IMG/VR virus record: IMGVR_UViG_3300045988_151707
Coordinates: 1-64,000 of that record
DNA length: 64,000 bases
Source of the DNA: a virus
Reading direction: 5' to 3' (one strand)
A program made the position numbers and the translations under genes. Below, piece by piece: positions 35,011 through 44,895 of the stretch. Position 1 is the first letter of the stretch. Every line of letters starts with the position of its first letter. Under the pieces are notes generated by a model. That model saw only the letters and a program-made list of their open reading frames with translations, searched no databases and had not been told where the DNA came from.

Positions 35011-37143
35011 TTAAATGGTATATAGTTCGATTGTCACCTCCGTAATCCCGCTACGGTCAATGCTGTAGGATAACTTATTGATGAATCCCACATAGTTACC
35101 TATCTGGTAGCGCTTGAGCATATCCAGTCCTGCAATCTGCGATATGGTCATTCTTACTGTCAGTATCACGGTCTTCCGGTTGTAAAGGAAGTAAAGATAC
35201 TCCGAAAGGAATTTTGACACCAGCCCACGGTCCTGGTATGCCTGAGAAGCGGGATACTTGTCTTTCCCGGCCACCAGCTTGAGCGAGAATCGTCCGGACT
35301 GGTCTACTCCACCCTGCTCAGTGCCGTTGTAATCAAAGAACCGTCCAAAGTTATCGCAGCTGTCGGCTGTAAAAGCACTGTTGGCTACCGTCTGCACCCA
35401 CGAATCGTTCCCCTCGCCGTCGTAGTTTTCGGTGTAGTCTATCCCTGATTCGCTACCGGGTCCTCGCATGATTCCAAGACAATAGCCGGCATCGTAAGTA
35501 CGCATAGGTGATTCTTCTGCCGATTCTGTGTCATAGTTTTCATCAGAAAGATAACTCAGCGTTATCTCATGCTTGTATCGAAGCATTTTTGAATAATCCA
35601 AGAATCCTGTTATAAATGGTATAAGGCTTTTTTCTACCTTTCTTTCCGACAAAAGTTCCTGATCGGCAAATACTGCGAGAATCTGTTCGCCCTGTTTGCC
35701 TGAAAATGCTTCCTCAACAACAGTTGATCCGTTAACGTCATTAATCATTACAGGAGAAAAATTAATGGATATTTCATCCTCATCTTCTTCTGTTGAAGTC
35801 CCACCAATTAAATAATCCCTAAATCCTCCGACTTCAAACAAAGAAGGATTACCACCCGTATTCTTATCTACTTTAATGCGATATGAGTTTCCAGTAAGTT
35901 TATCCTGATAGCATGTGGTGTCATTGGAAGCCTGACCCTGTTGAAGAATTTCCAAATAATTATTCTTTTCCTTCACATTAGAATAATTATCGTAATTGAA
36001 TGTGGTATCATCTTCCTGCCCGTATGTAAGACGTCTGGTCTTTTCTTTTGATTTTTTCAACTGCATTCCCACTATTTCCACATCAAGAATGGATATTTCA
36101 TTCGATTTCAAAATATCTTTTATATATATGACATCCATCGTATTTTTTGCACTGTCGTACAAGAATCTCACACCAAAAGCGTTCTGAAGATCATCTATCA
36201 AATCTTCCATTGATACATCAGGAATATTCTCATTTGTAGCATATACGTTTCTTGCTTTGTAAGAGAAATTCTGAGTTAGGAATGTCGCAATTGTTCTGTA
36301 TGAATTAAGGCCTGGAATTTTCTGATACTTTAAATCATAGTGAAGGGAGAATGAAGAGCCCATAAAGTTATTCATCATAATATCATTCCAAGAAACAGAA
36401 AACTCCTCACCTTTTGCTTCTGTATGACACTGAGTGCTAAAAAAGGCAAGTCTGCACATATCTTCCATGGTAGATAAATCATTCTTTTGAACTGCAATAT
36501 TCAGATACTTGAAAAAGCAGTCAAGAATATACATTACATAAAAGCATACTCCACTGTAAGGCCTTCTCGGCTCTAAAATATTATAATTGCCTGCGTCGTT
36601 TGGAGTACAAACACGCGCATTGCAGTAGGGTTTTATTGGATACGGGTCTGATTCATTGCTTTCCGTATAATTCATAATCCCATCTCCTAGGTATATAGTT
36701 ATAAACATATTATTGTTCTGATTCTGATACGTTACACCAGCAGACTCTACCCTATACCCCAGCTTTATCTCCCTGTCGAGCGGAATATCCCTTGCATTCA
36801 TTCCTTCTATACGGTCCATGAAATCACTGTTACCGGAAATGAATGTGACCGGAAGTGTATCTTCAAACTCCACTTCATCGTCTGTTTCTATCACACCACG
36901 GTATATCATTATGCCGTCCACCCAAAGCTCTGCGGTCATACGGTCAATGTCCTTCAGGTTAATGTCTCCCCAAGGATCGGCAATGTTCTTGAAAATTTCG
37001 CGGTTGGGTTCCAGCGGAATTTCGAAAGGGAACGAGAATGTTCCCTGGTCATTGAAAAGCGGGTTCGACTGCTCCAGTGTAATGGAAAAATCTTCCGACA
37101 GCTTTACCCACTGGCTGTTAATCTTTATCTGTAGTCCTTTCAT
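35011..37143 (-). CDS. Tail tip or baseplate structural protein (by position)
   Basis: 710-aa ORF starting 8 nt after the tape-measure stop. Confidence 0.5.
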   Translation of the reverse strand: MKGLQIKINSQWVKLSEDFSITLEQSNPLFNDQGTFSFPFEIPLEPNREIFKNIADPWGDINLKDIDRMTAELWVDGIMIYRGVIETDDEVEFEDTLPVTFISGNSDFMDRIEGMNARDIPLDREIKLGYRVESAGVTYQNQNNNMFITIYLGDGIMNYTESNESDPYPIKPYCNARVCTPNDAGNYNILEPRRPYSGVCFYVMYILDCFFKYLNIAVQKNDLSTMEDMCRLAFFSTQCHTEAKGEEFSVSWNDIMMNNFMGSSFSLHYDLKYQKIPGLNSYRTIATFLTQNFSYKARNVYATNENIPDVSMEDLIDDLQNAFGVRFLYDSAKNTMDVIYIKDILKSNEISILDVEIVGMQLKKSKEKTRRLTYGQEDDTTFNYDNYSNVKEKNNYLEILQQGQASNDTTCYQDKLTGNSYRIKVDKNTGGNPSLFEVGGFRDYLIGGTSTEEDEDEISINFSPVMINDVNGSTVVEEAFSGKQGEQILAVFADQELLSERKVEKSLIPFITGFLDYSKMLRYKHEITLSYLSDENYDTESAEESPMRTYDAGYCLGIMRGPGSESGIDYTENYDGEGNDSWVQTVANSAFTADSCDNFGRFFDYNGTEQGGVDQSGRFSLKLVAGKDKYPASQAYQDRGLVSKFLSEYLYFLYNRKTVILTVRMTISQIAGLDMLKRYQIGNYVGFINKLSYSIDRSGITEVTIELYTI

Positions 37144-37150
37144 CGTGTCA

Positions 37151-40100
37151 TTATTTTATCAGTCCGCGTTTGGTCATAAAATTGCTGGCTTTGTTCAACT
37201 GGTTTACCGCACCCTTGCTCCCGTATGGGTCTACAGCGGCTCTAATCGGCTTGCTCAGACGCTCGTTCAGTGTGGAAAGCGCTTCGGCCACACTCCCGAG
37301 CATTTGTGTCATCTGCTCGTTCTGCATGGTCATATCCGTAGCTCCGGATGCTACCTGTGTAATCTGTGCCGGCATGGAAGGATAGTTCCCGCTGGCAAAT
37401 GTAGGCATGGCGGCCGATTTGAGCTGCCCGTGCCGCGCAATGGTAAGAATACTGTCGTAGATGTGCGGATAGTTCAGAATAAGCTTCTGTGTAGTATCGC
37501 CGTCCACAATCATTTCAGGCTTCTTTTCAGAGAAAATACCGAAATGCGCACCTCCGCCGTACACGCCCGTCTTCAGTTCCTTCTGGTAGCGTGCGTTGTA
37601 TATCTGTCCGTCGTTCCCAAGTACCGGATAGTCACCCTCTGCGTAGGTAAGCATTCCGGCTGCTACACGGCCCTTGCTGCTGCTTACTCCGGTGGCAGCT
37701 GCCACATCCTGCTTTGCCTTGTTTAGCTTACCCATGGCAAGGCCCATCAGAGCGGAAAGTGCCGCACTGATAACTGCAATCAATGGGATACCCCACCATC
37801 CTAGGTCTCCGATTGTTTTTGCTGATCCCCTCGCAATACCAGAAGTTACATCTCCTGTAGTCTTTGCCCCTTCTACTGTCATATCCGTAATGGCCTGCGA
37901 CCCATGAATAGCTGTAACAGTAGCACTTGTAGCCGCTTCCTGTGTTACTTCCTGGTCTCCAAGAGTCTTCTTCATCAACAACTCGGTTATTTTTTGCATA
38001 ATCAAGTCTTTGGTGAGTTTCATCGCTGTTTGGAGTAACATTTTTGCAGCTTGCTTACGGTCGTCCACTTCGGCAAATGCAGCTTCTCCCATCTGCTCAC
38101 TGAAATCTACTACTGCATCGGTGTAGTTTTTCAATGTGCCCAACTTGCTTTCTGTTATTTCCAGTTCCTTGGAAGATTGTTCCTCCCTTGCGGCTATGTA
38201 GTTGTCGTAAGCCTCCTTTTGCGCCATGAGGAAAGATTCTTCTGCCTGCTGTTGCGTAGCGCCGGAAGCAATGGCCTGCTGTATCAGTTCTTTCTTACGG
38301 CTTTCAAACTGCTCATAATACTGCGCTGCCGCTTCCAATTTTATTCGCAGCGCTTCCAGTTCGGCATTGTCCGTGTCGGAAGTACCAAGGAAGGAACTTT
38401 GAGTAGATGCCAGTCCCAGATTACCGGCTGCACCCATCAGCTCACTCTGATCGTCAGCACCTTTTATCCGGTCCTCCCAAAGTTTCTGGTTTCCGCTGGT
38501 TTCCCACTGCACGTCTATCATTTCCTTTATGTCCTTTGCATACTTCTCGGCAGCGGCCTTGGAATCCTGATAGAAATCACGCAGCTTTTTCAGCATGAGC
38601 GACATCTGCTCCGGGCTCATGCTTTCGGCCCATACCGCGTCAATGTTGCTAAGATAAGTGCGCAACTCGTCTTCGTTCAGGCTGTAAGCATCTTCCGACA
38701 GAGAAACAAGGGCATTAATTCTTTCCTTCACTGCACTCTCGTCAATCACTCCGCTAAATCCCAGACTCATACGGAACTCTTTCTCCGCATCGGTATTCAG
38801 CAGACGAAGTTTGTCGAGCGACTCCTCAAACTGGTTGACAAGGCTTTCAAACGGGTTGTATTTAAGCAGCTCCTTCTCGATAGTCTGACGGTATTTCACT
38901 GCCATGTTCTGTACTTCGAGCAGGTCTTTTTCAAGGTTCTTACGTAAGCCGTCGGTCTGACGTTCGCCCAGCTTCTTAATCAATGCAGCGGTAGATTCCA
39001 GGTTCTTACCTTCCATCCCGTATAAATTCTGATTGAAGGTGTTCTCCTCGCCCAACAGCTTTTTACGAAGCTCCACACGTGCCAGCAGATGTTCTTCCTC
39101 GGTCGCGTCAATCTGACGGTTCATCTCCTCAGTAGTTATCTGTTCATCGAGATATGCCTGACGGATAGCCTGCTGACGGCGGAGGAAGTAAGCTTCGAGC
39201 GCAGACATGGCCGCACTGATTTCATCATTCATTTCCTTCTGCTCACCACGTGTGCCTGACTTACGTACTTTTAGCCAGTTACCGCTTGTGTCGCGTCCCC
39301 ATTTCTCAGCCAGCACCTTGGCCACATCCTGCTCCATCTTTTTCAGCGCCTCGTATTCTTCCTTAGCCGACTTGAATCCACGGGCAGCGAAGGTGTCTGC
39401 ATAGTCCTTGTCCTCATTAATGCTCTTCATCATGGCCTCCAGCTTTTTGTAGGTAGCTACCAGCTTGTCTACTCCGGCTGTTTCCAGCGATACCCCCTGC
39501 CCCCATACAGACTCCAGTCCGATGGCCTTAATACGTTTTTCCACCTGACTGATGTTATTCTGATACACACCAAGCTGACGGTTCTTTTCAGCAAGTTCGG
39601 CTGTTTCTGCCTTGGTGAGCTTCTCTCCTTTCTCACGCTTCGCGTTCAATTCGTCCACATCTTCACGAAGACGCTGTACGTAAGTAGTGGCCTGCTGCAG
39701 ATAGGTATTCAGTTCAGGCAGGTCGGACGAAGAAAGAATGCCCTGGTTGGACTTACGGAGGTCTTGCAACATAAGCTCTTCGGTCTTGCTCTCGGCAGCA
39801 CGCTGCGTACTTTCAAGGAAAGTCTGAGTCTGTCCGGCTTCCTTCCGGATGTTTTTCAGGATGTTCATCAGTTTTAAAGCGTCGGAACTGAATGGGAGCT
39901 GCTTTATGTTCTTGTCATATTTCTCCATAAAGCCATCCAGCGCGTCGTACAGATTACCTCCTTCCTCCACTACCTTATTCATCCCGTCCATGATACGGGC
40001 CATGGCATCGCCGGCGTTGGTCTCTCCGACGTTTTCCATTTTGTTCAGCGAAGCAATAATCTTCGACTGTAGTTCCTGAATCTGGTCGGTGTATTTGTCG

Positions 40101-43100
40101 GCAATGTTTTCCATCATCTTGTCGCGCATCTTCAGCGCCAGCGTTTCACGAAGGCGGGCATTAATCAGGCTGTAAATGTATTCCTGCTTCTCGGCATAGT
40201 TGTTTTCAGTGACCATAAATCCCAGATAGGCCCCATACTTGTCATTCAGCTGCTTAATCAGTGCCGCACGCTCTCCGTTCGATACATTTGCCTTGTCAAT
40301 CGCATATTTCAGGTTGGAAAGTTCAAATGTTTCCTTCTGTATGGCTGCTTCAAATTCCGACTGTGCCTTTGTTGCTTCGTCTACTGATTTCTTGAAATAA
40401 GTAACGGCAGAGGTCAGCGCAGTAAATCCTAATACAACCCATCCTAATGGATTTGACATCATAGCCTTTGAAAGCGACTGCCAGGCTATTTTGAATATGT
40501 TCACAGAGGCTGTGCCACTTTTCACCATCTTCGTAAACAGCACAATGTTTGCACTCGCTTTCTGCACAGCAGAAGACGTGGCAATCATCACTCCTACCAG
40601 CACCTGAAGAGCTACTGCGGTCAGACGGATTGAAGTCTCTCCGCGTTCAAACCGGTTGGGAATGCTCGAAATATAGCGAAGCACATCAGTTAGCCATTCC
40701 ACAAATCCGCTGTTGATAAACGATTCCTTGATGGCGTTCCCCATACGCTGCATGATGGCCATTGCGTTTTCGTTCTTGATGTTGTATTCATCCGTCACGC
40801 TGGTAGCCTCCTTAAACGCACGGGAAGAAGTGAATACCTGCGCCTTCAGCTCGTCTACGCCGGAAGAAAGGGTAACGAGCACCTGCTTGATACGCTTGCC
40901 ATCGCTACCGAGGTCTTTCATAATCGGAGCCAGCACATCCAGTCCGCCCATAGCATTCATTTTCTCGAATACAGCGATTACGGCCTGAATGGTTTTACCC
41001 TGTTCAATCAAGTTTTTCAAGTAATCATCGCTCAGTCCCACAGCCTGCGCCACCTCGGTGGTGTTACTGGTAAGTGTAGAGATAAAGGTGTTCAAAGCCG
41101 TACCACCCATTTCGGCGTGCTGACCAAGCGCGTCGAGTGTGCCGGCCAGCGCAATCAGGTCGGACATGGAAAGTCCTGCCGCTTCTCCGATAGCTCCGAT
41201 ACGGTTTACTACATCGACAATCGGACCGGCAGAAGCACGGCTGGTCTGAGATATTTCGTTGATAGCAGAACCGGTGGCGAGCAAGGCTTTTTCCACTCCG
41301 AGCTTCTGTGTCTCACCCAGAATGGCATTCACCTTCATCAGCTGACGTACCGCTTCAGCTCCTCCTAAATCTTCTCCCAATGCTACGAGCAACTGATTAC
41401 CTGCCTTCACGAATCCCAACACATCTTCTTTGGCAGAAATTCCTAACTTACCGGCTTCGTATGCCAGGTCGTGAAGTTCCTGCTGTGCGGTACGGGTGTC
41501 GATACTGTCAATTTCACGGCTTAGCTCGGCTACTGACTCAGTGGAAAGCCCGGTGGTCTTCTCGATGTCGGCCAGACTGTCGCTCAGCTGCAAGTTAGCC
41601 TGATACAACTGCTTGATACGTCCTACCACCTCATTGAATCCGGCATATACCAGCACATAACTTGTCAAACGCTTGATGGTAGCTACAATCTGGTTATCGT
41701 GTTCCTGCCAGCTTCGCTTCACTTCATTAATCTGCTCGTTTACCCGACGCAGATTCATTGAAGCTTCCATGTATTCGCGCGTGTCACGCTCAGCTTCCGA
41801 AAGTTCTTGCTGAAGCTGCGCCGCAGCCTTTTGCAAATCTTCCAGTGGAGCGGTTTTAAGTGTAAGAATCACTTTGTTAAGTTCTTCTGCACTTAATACG
41901 GAACTTTTCTGTTTCTTCTCAATCGTGCTCAGCGCATCTTCAATTTTTTTCAAGCCTTTTGTATCGCTTACTTCAAGCTTCTTTTTATACTCTTCGAGCG
42001 ATTTTTTCAGCTTCTCAAGGTCTTCGTATGTACCGTCGAACGTACCTTGACCAACCGTTTCAGCTTTATCAAGCGCATCTTCCAGTGAAGTAAATTCGGC
42101 AGATGATTGTTTCAGTTTCTCATTAAGTGAATTGATGGCCGATTCTACCTCCTTTACTCCCTTTGTGTCGCTTGTCTTTAGCTGCTGCTTGTATTGTTCA
42201 AGCAACTTGATGGCTTCTTTTGTCTGGGCTATTGTGCCATCGAATGTGCCGGTCTGTACTTTCCCTAGTGTGGTTTGAGCACGATTGGAAATGCGGTTCT
42301 GCTCTTCCTTGATAACCGCTTCCAAATTTTGCTGGTATTGCTGTAGTTTCTGTGAAGAAAGTTCTGCCCCATCCACCTGCTCCTGCCAGAACTTTTTCAG
42401 TTCAGCCAGTGAGGATGTGCTGGCATTCCCAATATTCTTCATGCGCTCTGCAATAGCCGCATTTTTACTTGTATTCTCAAAATCAGAAAGATACTTCTTA
42501 GCTCGCTCAATGTACTGATTATATATATCCCATTGCTTTGAACCAAGTTCTGTCGCATCACGAAGTTGGGTTGTTGCCTTAATTGCATCCTGAATCTCAG
42601 TAAGGCTACTTCCACTTAAATTACTGAATACACTGACTGCGCTTTTAGCCGAGCGTTTCTTCTCTTCATCCAAAACCTGTTTAAGCTTTGATTCGTATTC
42701 AGCAAGTTCCTGACTTCCACGCTGCGCACCGTTTACCTGCTCCTGCCAGTATTTTTTCAGCTCGGCCAGGGATGATTCACTGGCTTTCCCCAATTCTTTC
42801 ATCCTATCGGACATGGCAATCTGCTTTGTCAGGCTGTTGAAATCCGACAAATACTTCTGCGCACGCTGTATTTCATCATTGTAAATCTCCCACTCCTGTC
42901 CGCCAAGCTTCTGAACATCACGAAGCTTTGTTGTCACATTAATGGCTTCCTGGATTTCCGCGACACTGCTGCCATCCAGATTACCCATTACACGACCAGC
43001 CTTTGAACTGATACGACGTTGTTCCTCGTCCTCCACCTTTTTCAGCTGTTCACGGTAGGTCTGAATCTCTTTTGTATTTTTCTGAGTGGTAGAAATAAGT

Positions 43101-43615
43101 TCCTGCAATCGCTGTTTGGCCATGCCAAGCGACTTGTCGCTCACATTGCCTATGTCGCCTATTATGTCGGAAAACTCTACAAGGTTCCCTTTCCGGCGCT
43201 GTGCTTCATCGGCTATCTGTTTGATGTAATCGCGAACTGTATTAAGCGTTTGAAGGTCTTTCGGGTTTACCCCAAGCAACATCTGTTTCAAGCCATTCTG
43301 AGCGTTATTAAGATTACGTAGAGTCTGTCCGGAAATATCTGTAAGGTATTTCTGCACAGTATTAATATTCCGTTCAGATTCAGTTATTGACTTCTGAAGT
43401 TGTTTTTGCTGCTTTAAAGCATCTTCATATATCTTTTTATTCTTGTCGTAAGCAACCGTATCCACAGTAGCCTGCATGTTTTTCTGGGCTTCCTGTGCCT
43501 GTTTACCAAGCTTCTTCCATTCTTCACGCATCTGTTCAACCTGCTTACGGGCCTGTTCCGCTCCGCCTATAAGCACGTCGATTCTAGCCAGTCTGGTACC
43601 TAAACTATTTGCCAT
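37151..43615 (-). CDS. Tape measure protein (~2154 aa)
   Basis: Very long, mostly helical, with a hydrophobic central block (..LTAVALQVLVGVMIATSS.., ..NPLGWVVLGFTALTS..) and internal repeats. Start set at MANSLGT (43615); the ORF-track extension to 43771 runs through a terminator, a promoter and the 116-bp repeat. Confidence 0.85.
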   Translation of the reverse strand: MANSLGTRLARIDVLIGGAEQARKQVEQMREEWKKLGKQAQEAQKNMQATVDTVAYDKNKKIYEDALKQQKQLQKSITESERNINTVQKYLTDISGQTLRNLNNAQNGLKQMLLGVNPKDLQTLNTVRDYIKQIADEAQRRKGNLVEFSDIIGDIGNVSDKSLGMAKQRLQELISTTQKNTKEIQTYREQLKKVEDEEQRRISSKAGRVMGNLDGSSVAEIQEAINVTTKLRDVQKLGGQEWEIYNDEIQRAQKYLSDFNSLTKQIAMSDRMKELGKASESSLAELKKYWQEQVNGAQRGSQELAEYESKLKQVLDEEKKRSAKSAVSVFSNLSGSSLTEIQDAIKATTQLRDATELGSKQWDIYNQYIERAKKYLSDFENTSKNAAIAERMKNIGNASTSSLAELKKFWQEQVDGAELSSQKLQQYQQNLEAVIKEEQNRISNRAQTTLGKVQTGTFDGTIAQTKEAIKLLEQYKQQLKTSDTKGVKEVESAINSLNEKLKQSSAEFTSLEDALDKAETVGQGTFDGTYEDLEKLKKSLEEYKKKLEVSDTKGLKKIEDALSTIEKKQKSSVLSAEELNKVILTLKTAPLEDLQKAAAQLQQELSEAERDTREYMEASMNLRRVNEQINEVKRSWQEHDNQIVATIKRLTSYVLVYAGFNEVVGRIKQLYQANLQLSDSLADIEKTTGLSTESVAELSREIDSIDTRTAQQELHDLAYEAGKLGISAKEDVLGFVKAGNQLLVALGEDLGGAEAVRQLMKVNAILGETQKLGVEKALLATGSAINEISQTSRASAGPIVDVVNRIGAIGEAAGLSMSDLIALAGTLDALGQHAEMGGTALNTFISTLTSNTTEVAQAVGLSDDYLKNLIEQGKTIQAVIAVFEKMNAMGGLDVLAPIMKDLGSDGKRIKQVLVTLSSGVDELKAQVFTSSRAFKEATSVTDEYNIKNENAMAIMQRMGNAIKESFINSGFVEWLTDVLRYISSIPNRFERGETSIRLTAVALQVLVGVMIATSSAVQKASANIVLFTKMVKSGTASVNIFKIAWQSLSKAMMSNPLGWVVLGFTALTSAVTYFKKSVDEATKAQSEFEAAIQKETFELSNLKYAIDKANVSNGERAALIKQLNDKYGAYLGFMVTENNYAEKQEYIYSLINARLRETLALKMRDKMMENIADKYTDQIQELQSKIIASLNKMENVGETNAGDAMARIMDGMNKVVEEGGNLYDALDGFMEKYDKNIKQLPFSSDALKLMNILKNIRKEAGQTQTFLESTQRAAESKTEELMLQDLRKSNQGILSSSDLPELNTYLQQATTYVQRLREDVDELNAKREKGEKLTKAETAELAEKNRQLGVYQNNISQVEKRIKAIGLESVWGQGVSLETAGVDKLVATYKKLEAMMKSINEDKDYADTFAARGFKSAKEEYEALKKMEQDVAKVLAEKWGRDTSGNWLKVRKSGTRGEQKEMNDEISAAMSALEAYFLRRQQAIRQAYLDEQITTEEMNRQIDATEEEHLLARVELRKKLLGEENTFNQNLYGMEGKNLESTAALIKKLGERQTDGLRKNLEKDLLEVQNMAVKYRQTIEKELLKYNPFESLVNQFEESLDKLRLLNTDAEKEFRMSLGFSGVIDESAVKERINALVSLSEDAYSLNEDELRTYLSNIDAVWAESMSPEQMSLMLKKLRDFYQDSKAAAEKYAKDIKEMIDVQWETSGNQKLWEDRIKGADDQSELMGAAGNLGLASTQSSFLGTSDTDNAELEALRIKLEAAAQYYEQFESRKKELIQQAIASGATQQQAEESFLMAQKEAYDNYIAAREEQSSKELEITESKLGTLKNYTDAVVDFSEQMGEAAFAEVDDRKQAAKMLLQTAMKLTKDLIMQKITELLMKKTLGDQEVTQEAATSATVTAIHGSQAITDMTVEGAKTTGDVTSGIARGSAKTIGDLGWWGIPLIAVISAALSALMGLAMGKLNKAKQDVAAATGVSSSKGRVAAGMLTYAEGDYPVLGNDGQIYNARYQKELKTGVYGGGAHFGIFSEKKPEMIVDGDTTQKLILNYPHIYDSILTIARHGQLKSAAMPTFASGNYPSMPAQITQVASGATDMTMQNEQMTQMLGSVAEALSTLNERLSKPIRAAVDPYGSKGAVNQLNKASNFMTKRGLIK

Positions 43616-43635
43616 GTCTTTGTGTTTGTTTCCCT

Positions 43636-43677
43636 CAAAGTTAGGCACCCGAAATGTGGAAATGAAGGACAAAAAAA
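43636..43677 (-). promoter_or_regulatory. Late-type promoter module (GTCCTTCA-N19-TAACTTTG)
   Basis: Minus strand reads TTTTTTTGTCCTTCA-N19-TAACTTTG, 20 nt upstream of the tape-measure ATG. Confidence 0.7.
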
Positions 43678-43705
43678 CGGTGTCCGTCAGTTCAACGGAC
43701 ACCGT
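43677..43705 (-). terminator. Rho-independent terminator (11-bp stem plus T7)
   Basis: ACGGTGTCCGT-loop-ACGGACACCGT followed on the minus strand by TTTTTTT. Confidence 0.75.
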
Positions 43706-43717
43706 TTTAAAACTATT

Positions 43718-43833
43718 CGCCAGCAACCTCTCAAGTGGTTTGCGGCAAACCTCTCGAGCGATATGCAGCAAACCACTTGAGAGGTTTGCTGCATTTGTTT
43801 TGACAGGCCCTACAGGCTATTGTGGAGGGGGTG
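43718..43833. repeat. 116-bp repeated element, copy 2
   Basis: See 2242-2357. Hairpin ATGCAGCAAACC-ACTTGAGA-GGTTTGCTGCAT at 43763-43794 carries the loop in the opposite orientation. Confidence 0.9.
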
Positions 43834-43864
43834 GTAAGTGGCGAAAGGGAAGAATGTTCGTATA

Positions 43865-44374
43865 TTACAATAATCCATTAACCATCACTTCCGCATACAC
43901 CATCCCGAACGCTATCACCTCCGCCCAGAACAGCGGTTTGCACAACACGAAGCTATACCATAAATCGCCATTCCATACTTGTTTCAAGCGTACACCGACA
44001 TATAATGCCCACGCAATCCACACAAGCAGAAGACACGGACAGGTAAGTGCTATCCATATCTGACTGTTGAGCGCAGCTATCGTGGTAGCGACGATGTGTA
44101 CAGGCCGGTCCATCCCGGCTTTGAAATTGGGTGCCGCACCCACGAATAGTAACGCTCCGCACATCAGAAATGCGGTGAACTGATAATTTTCGGGGGTAGC
44201 AGATAGGAGGGTGGGCATGAGCAGTAGGGATGTTGCGGTCATGGTGAAGCCGAACCACAGCTTATGTTTCAACGAATAGTATGTGTCGCTGATGGAATAT
44301 GGTATTCCGTTGCGTTTCACCATCACCCCCACGTATGTGAGGATGACAGCTATTGATAAGAGTATGAGTATCAT
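43865..44374 (-). CDS. Polytopic membrane protein
   Basis: About 5-6 hydrophobic helices across 169 aa. Confidence 0.6.
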   Translation of the reverse strand: MILILLSIAVILTYVGVMVKRNGIPYSISDTYYSLKHKLWFGFTMTATSLLLMPTLLSATPENYQFTAFLMCGALLFVGAAPNFKAGMDRPVHIVATTIAALNSQIWIALTCPCLLLVWIAWALYVGVRLKQVWNGDLWYSFVLCKPLFWAEVIAFGMVYAEVMVNGLL

Positions 44375-44895
44375 TTTGTGTTCAGATTAAGTTTTTCAGG
44401 ATATCCGGTTGTGTGGTCGTAGGCTTCCACTTCTTTCACGCTTTGCAGGGCTTCCACATTCGCCTTGTGTTGTGCCGTTACGTTGTAGCACTGCAGGGCG
44501 TACAGTTCGAGGGCGGAGAGCATCTGTATAGCTGTGTCGCACTCGATGGTGTAGCTTTTGTCTCCGAACCAGAGTGTAGTGGTGAGCATCGAGGCTGCCT
44601 TCTGTATCTGGGTGGAGTTCATCAGTCCTACGCGGGTGTTCTTGTCGAGCCAAACGGATTCGCCGTCGAGAGTGAAGCTGTTTACCGCGTCGCTCGTGTC
44701 GTAGCTTTCTATCTCGAATATCTTTGCGGCTTTTTCGGCTCCCAGTTCGTCGGTGGGCAGTTCGCTTACTTCTTTGAACATTTCCTCCATGTCGGAAGGA
44801 AGGCGGTTTGCACGCTTGAAATAGATGTTTGTTCCGATACGATTTATGTACAGACCTTCTGTACTGTAAATCTCTTTTTCTGTAAATTTTATCAT
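44371..44895 (-). CDS. DUF4376-like protein (family often linked to tail fibres)
   Basis: ..FTLDGESVWLDKNTRVGL.....TTLWFGD......AIQMLSALELYALQCYNVTAQH...YD.TTGYPEKL resembles DUF4376 from memory. Confidence 0.5.
   Translation of the reverse strand: MIKFTEKEIYSTEGLYINRIGTNIYFKRANRLPSDMEEMFKEVSELPTDELGAEKAAKIFEIESYDTSDAVNSFTLDGESVWLDKNTRVGLMNSTQIQKAASMLTTTLWFGDKSYTIECDTAIQMLSALELYALQCYNVTAQHKANVEALQSVKEVEAYDHTTGYPEKLNLNTK

Noticed and set aside
36818-38947. Plus-strand ORFs 36818-37726 and 38051-38947 opposite the tape measure and tail genes
   Set aside because: They are antisense shadow ORFs. One crosses the boundary between two minus-strand genes.
43616-43771. N-terminal 52-codon extension of the tape-measure ORF
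   Set aside because: The extension runs through the 116-bp repeat, a terminator hairpin and the promoter module. MANSLGT at 43615 sits 20 nt after a perfect TAACTTTG box.
2242-43833. The two 116-bp direct repeats as attL/attR of a ~41.5-kb integrated element
   Set aside because: Phage structural genes and identical late-promoter modules lie on both sides of both copies (HU-1 to the left; DGR, lysis and fibres to the right). The repeats are therefore internal to one phage genome, not its boundaries.
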